Shown: positions 1 through 17,980, counted from the stretch's first letter. The stretch is DNA of 64,000 nucleotides from Eledone cirrhosa (GCA_964016885.1 OZ024748.1:10726001-10790000); one strand, 5' to 3'. Notes: generated by a model not told the origin, from the letters alone. Made by a program: numbers and translations.

Positions 1-135
1 AGCTTTAACAATAAACAGTACTGCTCTACCACCATGTTATCACCATTCATCTGGATAGAACCTTGCTCTAGTTATAAATCTCATCAGTAATTTGAAGCAG
101 ATTGTCCCATAGAAACTTCCAATTGTCCTCTATAC

Positions 136-432
136 CTGTAGTCTCCAACCTTTTTTAAACCATGGACCGGCTTCATGACGGACAATCTTTCCACAAACTG
201 GTAGCTACACGTGTTATTTAAGTGCATTTTGATAAAGAAAGCAATTTAAAGGGAAGAAAAAGTGTATTGAGTATATCAATATAGAATATTTAAACAAATC
301 TTTTAAAATTAAAGTCCAATATTCAATTTATCTATTATATAATTTTAAACAAGTTAATTATTTCTTTGTGGCCCGGTAGCAAATGATCCAGAGACTGGTA
401 CAAATCCGCGGCCTGTTAGTTGGGGATCTCTG
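136..432. mobile_element. hAT/Charlie-like MITE with 8-bp target-site duplication
   Basis: Imperfect TIRs (ctgtagtctccaac...gttggggatctctg) flanked by exact 8-bp direct repeat CTCTATAC at 128-135 and 433-440; 8-bp TSD is diagnostic of hAT. Confidence 0.8.
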
Positions 433-479
433 CTCTATACTATATGTAACAATCTTCTTCCACCCTCCCTTCCTCTTAT

Positions 480-790
480 CATATACATCACATACAGCTT
501 TTCTAAAACTATATTTAACAAGGAGATCCTCCTTCTCTAAATTGTCCTGTCTTTCTCATTCTGTCAAATTCTTCATTTGATGTCACTAACAATTACTTTG
601 TGTTTAGCATTGCATTCTTCTCCAACAAAAGACTTAGTATTTAAAAACATCTGTCTATCCCATTTTCAATTAAGCATGAAGTCAATTTGGCTTGGAAGTT
701 CACCTGATTGATAAGTGATCAAATGGCTGGCCAGTTTCCTGTAGTTAGTGTTGCAAATGGTTAGGTCATCTGCATCACTGAATTCCAGGT
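480..790 (-). mobile_element. Decayed RTE-clade LINE fragment (APE endonuclease C-terminal region)
   Basis: Minus strand translates to EFSDADDLTICNTNYRKLASHLITYQSGELPSQIDF..., matching the 'NT.F.K...H..TY.SG...SQID' APE motif of RTE LINEs; contains stops. Confidence 0.7.
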
Positions 791-794
791 GTTT

Positions 795-1110
795 TTGTTT
801 TATCATGGTACCAACACAACCACTTTACAAGGTGGTCTGGGTGTCTTTTATCGTAGGAACAACAAACACTTTACAGGGTGGTCCAGGTGTCTTTCATCAT
901 AGTACTAGCACAAACACTTTACAAGGTTGTCTGGGTGTCTTTTATCGTAGGAACAACAAACACTTTACAAGGTTGTCTGGGTGTCTTTCATCATAGTACT
1001 AGCACAAACACTTAACAAGGTGGCCTGGGTGTCTTTTATCACAGTAACAACACAACCACTTAACAAGGTGGTCTAAGTATCTTTTATTGTGGTACCAACA
1101 CTTTTTACTG
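795..1110. repeat. ~47-bp minisatellite, about 6-7 copies
   Basis: cactt(t/a)acaagg..gtct.ggtgtcttt recurs at ~821, 868, 915, 961, 1009, 1057. Confidence 0.85.
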
Positions 1111-1191
1111 AGTCACCTGGGTGCTTTTGAAATTAGAAATGTGTGCAGCCCAATAGAATTGACTATTATTGTGGACATTTGCATTGGGATG

Positions 1192-1223
<32 letters not shown>

Positions 1224-1701
1224 TATGTATACACATGCACACACATGCGCATACACACCACCATCACTGTTTAACACCTATTTTCCATGCTGGCACGGAG
1301 ATACATATACATAGGTGACAAATGACCATAAGAACAGGCCACATGCTGTACTGGAGAAGACCCACATACCAGCATAAATGTGATCCCTTCCCTTCCACTC
1401 CTTAGTAGCATCACTACACCTGTCCTTTCTAAGATCCTGACACACAAGCATCTGCTCTCCCTAGTATTGCCATCATCACAGACCCCCAGCCCCCACCCCA
1501 CTAAATCTTACCATACTTGTGCTCGTCACCTCTGTAGGGTAGAGAGGGCTCTACATTTGAGTCAATAACTGACAACTTCTTCAATGATGGTGCCACGAAA
1601 AATGTACCCAGTATACCGTGTACGGTGGTTGGCAAGAGGAAGGGCTACTTGCTGAAAAACGGTCTGAAAGACCCTTTAATTGTGACAACGACATAACTTC
1701 T

Positions 1702-1810
1702 CTAGTGTTGGTAACACAATGAAATGCACTCGGTAGAGCGTAGGAATGTATGTAAGCGAGATGTAGGCGCCCAGACCGTCTGAGAGGTCAGTACATAGGG
1801 AGGTTGGACA
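1702..1810 (-). CDS. Possible terminal exon of the orphan minus-strand gene (DVQPPYVLTSQTVWAPTSRLHTFLRSTECISLCYQH*)
   Basis: Acceptor ...gtcatttag| at 1811-1812; phase matches the phase-2 donor of exon 5206-5294; no recognisable homology and a weak pyrimidine tract. Confidence 0.2.
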
Positions 1811-1858
1811 CTAAATGACAACGATGACACGCGTATATTTATATATATATACACACAC

Positions 1859-1897
<39 letters not shown>

Positions 1898-2046
1898 ACT
1901 GCAGCTAGTATCAAGTATCAACATCAGTACTTTTTTTTTTTCACGTCTGGTATTTATTTCCGCTAACAAACGAGATATGTCCGACTAAATGAACTTTTCG
2001 TTGAACACCGAACAAACACATACACACACATTATGTGTGCGTGTGT

Positions 2047-2097
<51 letters not shown>

Positions 2098-2189
2098 GAC
2101 GGACTTCTGCAATTTTAGTGTATCCAATCCCACTCCCAAGACATTGCTCAATCCGTCCGAGGGTATAAGATGCCGCGCAGCGATATATA

Positions 2190-2416
2190 TATATATATAA
2201 AATCAGTATGGATTCGGTTTGAAACTAGTTAGACCATTACTCAACAGAGTATTCGATACTTGGGGTAGTAGAGTATGGTTATATTATAAAGAGTCCGGCC
2301 CCGACGACTGAGCTCTTGCCGTTTCAACAGCTAGTTCCGCTGATTGGCAATCAGTCTGGAACTAGCTGTTGAAACGGCAAGAGCTCAGTCGTCGGGGTTC
2401 CGGCTCTCTATAATAT
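2190..2416. mobile_element. (TA)n-flanked fold-back element, family A (putative non-autonomous Penelope-like)
   Basis: Perfect 40-bp inverted arms 2299-2338/2358-2397, preceded by an unpaired extension containing gagtattcgatac...gtagtagagt; homologous to 26043-26233. Confidence 0.65.
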
Positions 2417-2786
2417 ATATAAACACACATACAAATTATTTATTCAACTGATCTCGTTTGTTAGCGAATATAATGTGAGTGCTCAATACCATCTGTAAAC
2501 TAATGCGGGTGTATGATATATATATATATATAATGTAGGAGGTGAGTTTTATTGTAGTACAATAAAGCAATGCAGATATCGGATAAGAAGCACTCTACAG
2601 TTTGTAGGACTGGAGTATACATAATATATAAGAACAAAAGATGGTTAAAAGAGTTCCATGTATTTTATTATGCGCATTTCAAAAACAAATATCATCATGC
2701 AACATAAATAAAATACATGGAACTCTTTTAACCATCTTTTGTTCTTATATATATATATATATATATATACGTCGTAGTTGATGTAT

Positions 2787-2823
<37 letters not shown>

Positions 2824-2892
2824 GTCGTAGTTGATGTATGGTGATTGTACTATATTTTCCATAAAAAAACATTCTATATATACCAATATATA

Positions 2893-2990
2893 CAGTGTCC
2901 TCCCAAAATGTATACCCATTTTAACATCATTATAATAAATATTGCCTGTACATGTAATGAAAGTGTGTATACATTTTGGGGGACACCCTG
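2893..2990. mobile_element. Tc1/mariner-type MITE (~100 bp), TA TSD
   Basis: TIRs cagtgtcctcccaaaatgtatac / gtatacattttgggggacaccctg flanked by TA; relatives at 25172-25245 and 61512-61582. Confidence 0.75.
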
Positions 2991-3011
2991 TATTTACACA
3001 CACACACACAT

Positions 3012-3053
<42 letters not shown>

Positions 3054-3279
3054 TATTTCCGAAGAAAAAAAAAATATATATATATACATACACATTATAT
3101 ATATGTGTGTGTGTGTTTTTGTGTAATGCACGTAAATCAACTATCGACTCACACAGGATCGATAACAAGAATAATTATTTGAATAAATATTAATCTACTC
3201 TTCTTAACAGTATTGAGTATACTTCCACTGCTTTTCAATTTATCCTAAAGCGATCCTTACACACACACGTGTATGTATC

Positions 3280-3356
3280 AATATATATATATATATACAC
3301 ACATACACACACATATATATATATACACACGCACAGATATATACATACACACACAA

Positions 3357-3390
<34 letters not shown>

Positions 3391-3664
3391 ACAAATAGAT
3401 ATATACATACACATATACACACATATATATATATACATATATATATATACAAATAGATATATACACACATATATATATATATACAAATAGATATATACAT
3501 ACACATACATATATATATAAATAGATATATACATACATATATACAAATAGATATATACATACACATACATATATACAAATAGATATATACATACATACAT
3601 ATATATATACAAATAGATATATACATACACACACACACACACATATATATACAAATAGATATAT

Positions 3665-3711
<47 letters not shown>

Positions 3712-3882
3712 CAAATAGATATATACATACACACACACATATATGTACAAATAGATATATACATACACACACACGCATATATATATATATATACAAATAG
3801 ATATATACATACACATACATATATACAAATAGATATATACATACACATACATATATACAAATAGATATATACATACACATAC

Positions 3883-3929
<47 letters not shown>

Positions 3930-4026
3930 AATAGATATTTACATACACACACACACACACATATATATACAAATAGATATATACATACACACACATATAT
4001 ATATATATATATACAAATAGATATAT

Positions 4027-4065
<39 letters not shown>

Positions 4066-4145
4066 TATATATATATTACATGCACACACATATATATATA
4101 TATATATACAAATAGATATATACATAGACACACACACATATATAT
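3280..4145. repeat. Compound microsatellite/minisatellite ACAAATAGATATATACATAC(AC)n(AT)n
   Basis: acaaatagatatatac anchor repeated about 20 times with variable AC/AT tracts. Confidence 0.9.
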
Positions 4146-4467
4146 CACACAGGAGTGTTTCAACAGCAGTGCTTCTAAACAAAGAAAGTTCTATGGAATT
4201 CTTCTAGAGAAGAACATCCGCCAAAACCATCCATTGAGGAATTAGACAATATGTGGAGGAATTTGATGTGAACATGTATATAATATGTGTGTGCGACAAT
4301 GAATTATAATGTGTGTGTGTATGAGTGTGCGTGTGATTGTATTACGTTTGCCCGAAAGAGAACATACAATCCTGTGTGTGTGAATATGTGTGTGTGTGTG
4401 TGTGTGTATCCGTATGTGGTTGATGGCCGAGAGAAAAGAGTACTCAATACCAAAGTAGGGTTTTAAT

Positions 4468-4517
4468 ATTTGAGTTCTTGTCCGATGACCCTGTGATAAA
4501 CAGGGGAAACTCCAAAT
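4468..4517 (+). ncRNA. Degenerate hammerhead-ribozyme-like motif
   Basis: CCGATGA (4482-4488; CTGATGA with one change), stem CCCTG-tgataaa-CAGGG, GAAA (4506-4509), CTCCAAAT pairing with upstream ATTTGAGT; just downstream of gagtactcaatac; ends in (TA)n. Confidence 0.45.
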
Positions 4518-4518
4518 G

Positions 4519-4559
<41 letters not shown>

Positions 4560-5205
4560 GTGTGTATGTGTGTCTATGTGTGTGTGTGTGTGCGTGTGTG
4601 CGTGTGCGTGTAAACAAAGATCTTGCGAATGCTGTAAAATATATGGAAGTTATTTCTTAGAAAAGATTATTAAGTAATAAATAACACACTCACCTCTCTA
4701 TCTTTATATAAAGATATACTTTTTTTTATTTACATAGACGAAAGGTGTCGTATTTATAAATTGCGATATTGCCTGACGTTCATATGTATATATATTTCTT
4801 TTATAATGAATAATTAAATATATAATAATATTATTATTATTATTACCTTACAATATGACCACAAAGGTAATAACTTTAAAGCGGATAGATACTAAGGTTG
4901 GACGTGGAAGTCTTCGCATACACTCACACACTATATATATATTTATTATACATACGATATATGTGGGTGTGTACACTATGATCGCGTGTGTATGGACATA
5001 TTTTGATAAGTGTTTGTAAGGGCGAAGGTCATTTTGTTAAGTAAATTCAATATATTTGCTGAATGCGAATGTCCAATAAGACTAGACTTAAATCAAGCTT
5101 AACCGGTTTCTAAATAACCGCTATTGAAAAGTGGAATGTGAACATTAAGGGGCTTCAAGTTAGCAAAAGTATGTGTATATATAATACCATAACAGATTCA
5201 CTAAC

Positions 5206-5294
5206 TCCGGACTACCAGCGATTTCAAGACGAAAGCACGATGATTTAGACCTATTTTCGTCTCGAAACCTCTCGTAGTTCGGAGTAAAGTTAAA
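5206..5294 (-). CDS. Putative internal exon of orphan gene (FNFTPNYERFRDENRSKSSCFRLEIAGSP)
   Basis: Acceptor atttacag| (5295-5296), donor |gttagt (5205-5200); open in phase 0 after exon 20510-20594; unique, relatively GC-rich island. Confidence 0.4.
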
Positions 5295-7286
5295 CTGTAA
5301 ATATAAATATTCAACTTCAAAATTATGTGTTGATTGCTCTTTTATTTCGTATATACCAACACAGAAATGACAATATATATGTGTGAGTGTATGTATATAC
5401 ATATATCAAAAACTGAATATATATATAAATATATATATATATAGTGAGAGATATGATTGTGTGTATAATGAAGTGTTTTAAATACAAGCATAGATAAAAA
5501 CATTCAAACATTAATACGTGTGTAGTATAATTTATTTTCTAATGAAAACGGTAACAGTGATTTCGAAGTGTGAGCGATTGCTTCTTCTGGTTGTATATAT
5601 ACACGCAGAGACATATATATATTATATATAGAGAGAGATTGCTTAAATACAGTACACGTATTTTGTGTATGCGTGTCCGTCCACAGATCGTCAGTTGTGG
5701 TTGGTATGACTAATTAGAATAGAAATTAGTGATGACAAGTGTTTTCAGCTGAGAGTATCAAGATACTAATACAATATATATAAAAAGAAAAAACAACCAC
5801 CACACAGCGGCTTTGATGAGATGGCTGACTTACATATTTTAACATTAGTAGTAGTAAATACTAATGTTAACTAATAATGACTATCTGACAATGACTAATA
5901 AAGGATTAATGAATTATTTTCGAAGAAGGCAAAGTTCCGGCCGTTATCGCCGATGATTAAAGAAGAAAATAATATAAAGTACGAATTTTTACAGAATGTT
6001 GCTTGCTTTTTAGTTTGGAGTACGTGTATGTATTTTAATCAGGTTTATTGAGAGTTGTTTGTTATATTTAAAAGGAAAATGAAATGAAATTAGATGTAAT
6101 GAGGGAATTGAGTGTAAGGAGAGGAAGTAGTGGTGATATAATAAACAAGATAAAGACACGTCGCGAACACACGGTTATATATATAGATAGATAGATTTCA
6201 TTATATAATATATCTGTTATATATCTGAAATATATACAATATATATATATATATATACAATATATATATATATATATATACAATATATATATATATATAT
6301 ATACAATATATATATATATATATATACAATATATATATATATATATATACAATATATATATATATATATATACAATATATATATATATATATATACAATA
6401 TATATATATATATATATACAATATATATATATATATATATACAATATATATATATATATATACAATATATATATATATATATACAATATATATATATATA
6501 TATACAATATATATATATATATATATACAATATATATATATATATATACAATATATATATATATATATACAATATATATATATATATATACAATATATAT
6601 ATATATATATACAATATATATATATATATACAATATATATATATACAATATATATATATATACAATATATATATATATATACAATATATATATATATACA
6701 ATATATATATATACAATATATATATATATATACAATATATATATATATATACAATATATATATATATACAATATATATATATACAATATATATATATATA
6801 TATACAATATATATATATATACAATATATATATATATATATACAATATATATATATATATATACAATATATATATATATATATACAATATATATATATAT
6901 ACAATATATATATATATATATACAATATATATATATATATATACAATATATATATATATATATACAATATATATATATATACAATATATATATATATATA
7001 TACAATATATATATATACAATATATATATATACAATATATATATATATACAATATATATATATATATATACAATATATATATATATACAATATATATATA
7101 TATATATATACAATATATATATATATATATATATACAATATATATATATATATATATATACAATATATATATATATATATATATACAATATATATATATA
7201 CAATATATATATATATACAATATATATATATATACAATATATATATATATATATATATACAATATATATATATATATATATATACA

Positions 7287-7317
<31 letters not shown>

Positions 7318-7841
7318 ATATATATATATATATATATATACAATATATATATATATATATATATATACAATATATATATATATATATATATACAATATAT
7401 ATATATATATATATATACAATATATATATATACACAATATATATATATATATATATACACAATATATATATATATATATACACAATATATATATATATAT
7501 ATATACACAATATATATATATATATATATATACACAATATATATATATATATATATATACACAATATATATATATATATATATATACACAATATATATAT
7601 ATATACACAATATATATATATATATATATATACACAATATATATATATATATATATATATACACAATATATATATATATATATATATACACAATATATAT
7701 ATATATATATATACAATATATATATATATATACAATATATATATATATATATACAATATATATATATATACAATATATATATATATACAATATATATATA
7801 TATATATACAATATATATATATATACAATATATATATATAT

Positions 7842-7877
<36 letters not shown>

Positions 7878-10800
7878 ATATATATATATATATATATATA
7901 CAATATATATATATATATATACAATATATATATATATATATATACAATATATATATATATATATATATACAATATATATATATATATACAATATATATAT
8001 ATATATATATATACAATATACAATATATATATATATACAATATATATACAATATATATATATACAATATATATATATATATATACAATATATATATATAT
8101 ATATACAATATATATATATATATATACAATATATATATATATATACAATATATATATTTATATATATACAATTATATATATACAATATATATATATATAT
8201 ATACAATATATATATACAATATATATATATATACAATATATATATATATATACAATATATATATATATACAATATATATATATATATACAATATATATAT
8301 ATATATACAATATATATATATATACAATATATATATATATATACAATATATATATATATATATATATACAATATATATATATATATATACAATATATATA
8401 TATATATACAATATATATATATATACAATATATATATATATATATACAATATATATATATATACAATATATATATACAATATATATATATATACAATATA
8501 TATATATATATACAATATATATATATATATACAATATATATATATATATACAATATATATATATATATACAATATATATATATATATACAATATATATAT
8601 ATATATATACAATATATATATATATATACAATATATATATATATACAATATATATATATATACAATATATATACAATATATATATATATACAATATATAT
8701 ATATATACAATATATATATATATACAATATATATATACAATATATATATATATACAATATATATATATATACAATATATATATATATACAATATATATAT
8801 ATATACAATATATATATATATACAATATATATATATATACAATATATATATATATACAATATATATATATATATACAATATATATATATATATACAATAT
8901 ATATATATATATACAATATATATATATATATACAATATATATATATATATACAATATATATATATATATACAATATATATATATATATACAATATATATA
9001 TATATACAATATATATATATATATACAATATATATATATATACAATATATATATATATATACAATATATATATATATATATACAATATATATATATATAT
9101 ATACAATATATATATATATATACAATATATATATATATATACACAATATATATATATATATACACAATATATATATATATATACACAATATATATATATA
9201 TATACACAATATATATATATACACAATATATATATATACACAATATATATATATATACACAATATATATATATATACACAATATATATATATACACAATA
9301 TATATATATATACACAATATATATATATATATACAATATATATACAATATATATACAAAATATATATATATACAAAATATATATATATACAATATATATA
9401 TATATACAATATATATATATATACAATATATATATATACAATATATATATATATACAATATATATATACAATATATATATACAATATATATATACAATAT
9501 ATATATATATATATATACAATATATATATACAATATATATATATACAATATATATATATATACAATATATATATATATACAATATATATATATATACAAT
9601 ATATATATATATACAATATATATATATATACAATATATATATATATACAATATATATATATATATATACAATATATATATATATATACAATATATATATA
9701 TATACAATATATATATATATACAATATATATATATATACAATATATATATATATACAATATATATATATATACAATATATATATACAATATATATATACA
9801 ATATATATATATACAATATATATATATACAATATATATATATACAATATATATATACAATATATATATATACAATATATATATATACAATATATATATAT
9901 ACAATATATATATATACAATATATATATATACAATATATATATATATATACATACAATATATATATATACATACAATATATATATATACATACAATATAT
10001 ATATATACATACAATGTATATATATACATACAATATATATATATACATACAATATATATATATACATACAATATATATATATACATACAATATATATATA
10101 TATACAATATATATACAATATATATATATACAATATATATATATACAATATATATATATATACAATATATATATATACAATATATATATATATATACAAT
10201 ATATATATATATATACAATATATATATATATATATACAATATATATATATATATACAATATATATATATATATATACAATATATATATATATATATACAA
10301 TATATATATATATACAATATATATATATATATACAATATATATATATATACAATATATATATATACAATATATATATATATACAATATATATATATACAA
10401 TATATATATATACAATATATATATATATACAATATATATATATACAATATATATATATATACAATATATATATATATACAATATATATATATACAATATA
10501 TATATATATACAATATATATATATATATACAATATATATATATATATACAATATATATATATATATACAATATATATATATACAATATATATATATACAA
10601 TATATATATATATACAATATATATATATACAATATATATATATATACAATATATATATATACAATATATATATATATACAATATATATATATATATACAA
10701 TATATATATATACAATATATATATATATACAATATATATATATACAATATATATATATATACAATATATATATATACAATATATATATATATACAATATA

Positions 10801-13800
10801 TATATATATACAATATATATATATATACAATATATATATATATACAATATATATATATATACAATATATATATATATATACAATATATATATATATACAA
10901 TATATATATATACACAATATATATATATACACAATATATATATATACACAATATATATATATACACAATATATATATATACACAATATACAATATATATA
11001 CATATACAATATATATATATATACAATATATATATATATATACAATATATATATATATATACAATATATATATATATACAATATATATATATATACAATA
11101 TATATATATACAATATATATATATACAATATATATATATACAATATATATACATATACAATATATATACACATATACAATATATATACACATATACAATA
11201 TATATACACATATACAATATATATACACACATACAATATATATACACACAATATATATATATACAATATATATATATACAATATATATATATACAATATA
11301 TATATATACAATATATATATATACAATATATATATATACAATATATATATATACAATATATATATATACAATATATATATATACAATATATAAATATACA
11401 ATATATATATATACAATATATATATATACAATATATAAATATATACAATATATATATATACAATATATATATATATACAATATATATATATATACAATAT
11501 ATATATATATACAATATATATATATATACAATATATATATATATATACAATATATATATATATATACAATATATATATATATATACAATATATATATATA
11601 TACAATATATATATATATACAATATATATATATACAATATATATATATACAATATATATATACAATATATATATATATACAATATATATATATATACAAT
11701 ATATATATACAATATATATATATATACAATATATATATATATACAATATATATATATATACAATATATATATATATATACAATATATATATATATATATA
11801 CAATATATATATATATATATACAATATATATATATATATATACAATATATATATATATATACAATATATATACAATATATATATATATACAATATATATA
11901 TACAATATATATATATATACAATATATATATATATATACAATATATATATATATATACAATATATATATATATATACAATATATATATATATATACAATA
12001 TATATATATATATACAATATATATATATATATACAATATATATATATATATACAATATATATATATATATATACAATATATATATATATATACAATATAT
12101 ATATATATATACAATATATATATATATATACAATATATATATATATATACAATATATATATATATATACAATATATATATATATATACAATATATATATA
12201 TATACAATATATATATATATATATACAATATATATATATATATATACAATATATATATATATATATACACAATATATATATATATATATATACAATATAT
12301 ATATATATATATACAATATATATATATATATACAATATATATATATACAATATATATATACAATATATATATATATACAATATATATATATATACAATAT
12401 ATATATATATACAATATATATATATATATACAATATATATATATATATATATACAATATATATATATATATATATATACAATATATATATATATATAATA
12501 TATATACAATATATATATATATACAATATATATACGATATATATATATACAATATATATACGATATATATATATACAATATATATACGATATATATATAT
12601 ACAATATATATACGATATATATATATATACAATATATATACGATATATATATACAATATATATACAATATATATATATATACAATATATATACAATATAT
12701 ATATATATACAATATATATATATATACAATATATATATATATACAATATATATATATATACAATATATATATATATATACAATATATATATACAATATAT
12801 ATATATATACAATATATATATATATATACAATATATATATATATATACAATATATATATATATATACAATATATATATATATATACAATATATATATACA
12901 ATATATATATATACAATATATATATATATACAATATATATATATATACAATATATATATATATATACAATATATATATATATATATACAATATATATATA
13001 TATATATACAATATATATATATATATATATACAATATATATATATATATATATACAATATATATATATATATATACAATATATATATATATATACAATAT
13101 ATATATATATACAATATATATATATATATATATATACAATATATATATATATATATATACAATATATATATATATATATATACAATATATATATATATAT
13201 ATACAATATATATATATACAATATATATATATATATATACAATATATATATATATATATATACAATATATATATATATACAATATATATATATATATACA
13301 ATATATATATATATATACAATATATATATATATATATACAATATATATATATATACAATATATATATATATATATATACAATATATATATATATACAATA
13401 TATATATATATATATATACAATATATATATATACAATATATATATATATATATATACAATATATATATATATACAATATATATATATATATATATATACA
13501 ATATATATATATACAATATATATATATATATATACAATATATATATATATATATACAATATATATATATATATATATACAATATATATACGATATATATA
13601 TATATACAATATATATACGATATATATATATATACAATATATATATATATATATACAATATATATATATATACAATATATATATATATATACAATATATA
13701 TATATATACAATATATATATATATATACAATATATATACGATATACAATATATATATATATACAATATATATACGATATACAATATATATACGATATATA

Positions 13801-14591
13801 TATATATATACAATATATATATATATACAATATATATACGATATATATATATATACAATATATATACGATATACAATATATATACGATATATATATATAT
13901 ATACAATATATATACGATATATATATATATACAATATATATATATATATACAATATATATACGATATATATATATATACAATATATATATATATACAATA
14001 TATATACGATATATATATATATACAATATATATATATATACAATATATATACGATATATATATATACACAATATATATATATACACAATATATATATATA
14101 CACAATATATATATATACACAATATATATATATATATACAATATATATATATATATACAATATATATATATATACAATATATATATATATACAATATATA
14201 TATATACAATATATATATACAATATATATATATATACAATATATATATATACAATATATATATACAATATATATATATATACAATATATATATATACAAT
14301 AAATATATATACAATATATATATATACAATATATATATATACAATATATATATATACAATATATATATATATACAATATATATATATACAATATATATAT
14401 ATACAATATATATATATACGATATATATATATATATACAATATATATATATATATACAATATATATATATATATACAATATATATATATATATACAATAT
14501 ATATATATATATACAATATATATATATATATACAATATATATATATATATACAATATATATATATACAAAATATATATATATACAAAATAT

Positions 14592-14627
<36 letters not shown>

Positions 14628-14718
14628 CAATATATATATACAATATATATATATATACAATATATATATATATACAAAATATATATATATACAAAATATA
14701 TATATATACAAAATATAT

Positions 14719-14754
<36 letters not shown>

Positions 14755-15086
14755 CAATATATATATATATATATATATACAATATATATATATACAATAT
14801 ATATATATATATACAATATATATATATACAATATATATACATAATATATATATATATAATATATATATATATATACACAATATATATATATACAATATAT
14901 ATATATATACAATATATATATATACAATATATATATATACAATATATACATATATAATATATATATATATACGCAATATATATATATATACAATATATAT
15001 ATAGATACAATATATATATATACAATATATACATTATATAATATATATACGCAATATATATATATATATATACAATATATATATAT

Positions 15087-15127
15087 ACAAGGGCGGTGCC
15101 CCAGCATGGCCTCAGCCGGATGGCTGA
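15087..15127 (+). mobile_element. SINE 3'-tail fragment (copy 1, cut by the gap)
   Basis: acaagggcggtgccccagcatggcctcagccggatggctga, identical to 17141-17181. Confidence 0.6.
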
Positions 15128-15327
15128 NNNNNNNNNNNNNNNNNNNNNNNNNNNNNNNNNNNNNNNNNNNNNNNNNNNNNNNNNNNNNNNNNNNNNNNNN
15201 NNNNNNNNNNNNNNNNNNNNNNNNNNNNNNNNNNNNNNNNNNNNNNNNNNNNNNNNNNNNNNNNNNNNNNNNNNNNNNNNNNNNNNNNNNNNNNNNNNNN
15301 NNNNNNNNNNNNNNNNNNNNNNNNNNN
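15128..15327. other. Assembly gap (200 N)
   Basis: Run of n. Confidence 0.99.
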
Positions 15328-15606
15328 TACAATATATATATATATATATATATACAATATATATATATATACAATATATATATATATATACATATATATA
15401 CAATATATATATATTATACAATATAATATAATATATATATATATACAATATATATATATATATACAATATATATATATATATATATACAATATATATATA
15501 TATATATACAATATATATATATATATATACAATATATATATATATATATACAATATATATATATATATATATATACAATATATATACTGATATATATATA
15601 TATACA

Positions 15607-15647
<41 letters not shown>

Positions 15648-16495
15648 CAATATATATATATATACAATATATATATATATATATACAATATATATATACA
15701 ATATATATATATATATACAATATATATACGATATACAATATATATATATATACAATATATACGATATACAATATATATATATATATACAATATATATACG
15801 ATATACAATATATATACGATATATATATATATATACAATATATATATATATACAATATATATACGATATATATATATATACAATATATATACGATATACA
15901 ATATATATACGATATATATATATATATACAATATATATACGATTATACAATATATATACGATATATATATATATATACAATATATATACGATATATATAA
16001 TATATACAATATATATACGATATATATATATATATACAATATATATATATATATACAATATATATACGATATATAATATATATATATACAATATATATAT
16101 ATATACAATATATATACGATATATATATATATAAACAATATATATATATACACAATATATATATATACACAATATATATATATACACAATATATATATAT
16201 ATATATACAATATATATATATATACAATATATATATATATACAATTATATATATACAATATATATATACAATATATATATATATACAATATATATATTAT
16301 ACAATATATATACAATATATATATATACAATATATATATATACAATATATATATATACAATATATATATATACAATATATATATATATACAATATATATA
16401 TATACAATATATATATATACGATATATATATATATATACAATATATATATATATATACAATATATATATATATATACAATATATATATATATATA

Positions 16496-16534
<39 letters not shown>

Positions 16535-16612
16535 CAATATATATATATATATACAATATATATATATATACAAAATATATATATATACAAAATATATATA
16601 TATACAAAATAT

Positions 16613-16648
<36 letters not shown>

Positions 16649-16739
16649 CAATATATATATACAATATATATATATATACAATATATATATATATACAAAA
16701 TATATATATATACAAAATATATATATATACAAAATATAT

Positions 16740-16781
<42 letters not shown>

Positions 16782-17140
16782 ATATATATATATATATATA
16801 TACAATATATATATATACAATATATATATATATATACAATATATATATATACAATATATACATAATATATATATATATAATATATACATAATATATATAT
16901 ACACAATATATATATATACAATATATATATATAATACAATATATATATATATACAATATATATATATATACAATATATATATATACAATATATACATTAT
17001 ATAATATATATATATATACGCAATATATATATATATACAATATATATATATATACAATATATATATTATACAATATATACATTATATAATATATATATAT
17101 ATACGCAATATATATATATATATATACAATATATATATAT

Positions 17141-17203
17141 ACAAGGGCGGTGCCCCAGCATGGCCTCAGCCGGATGGCTGAAACAGGTAAAAGAGTAAAA
17201 GAG
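17141..17203 (+). mobile_element. SINE 3'-tail fragment (copy 2) embedded in the satellite
   Basis: gggcggtgccccagcatggcc...ctgaaacaggtaaaagagtaaaagag resembles the common octopus SINE 3' end with a tandem (taaaagag) tail. Confidence 0.6.
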
Positions 17204-17463
17204 TATACAATATATACATAATATATATATATATATACACAATATATATATATATACACAATATATATATATTATATACACAATATATATATATACAATA
17301 TATACATAATATATATATATATATACCACAATATATATATATATACACAATATATATATATATATACACAATATATATATATACAATATATACATAATAT
17401 ATATATATATAATATATATATATATACACAATATATATATATATATAATATATATATATATAC

Positions 17464-17503
<40 letters not shown>

Positions 17504-17913
17504 ATATATATATATGATATACACAATATATATATATATATAATATATATATATACACAATATATATATATATATAATATATATATATATACACAATATA
17601 ATATATATATATACACAATATATATATATACAATATATACATAATATATATATATATAATATATATATATATACACAATATATATATATATTATACACAA
17701 TATATATATATATATATATATAATATATATATACACAATATATAGATATATATATTATATTATATATATACACAATATATAGATATATATATAACAATAT
17801 ATATATATACAATATATAATATACAATATATATATATAATATATATATATACAACAATATATATATATATATATATAATATATATATATATAATATATAT
17901 ATATATATACACA

Positions 17914-17945
<32 letters not shown>

Positions 17946-17947
17946 TA

Positions 17948-17980
<33 letters not shown>

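Noticed and set aside
795-1110. Regularly spaced repeats resembling a CRISPR array (also 52120, 58440, 62950)
   Set aside because: Contiguous tandem units without unique spacers, eukaryotic context, no cas genes.
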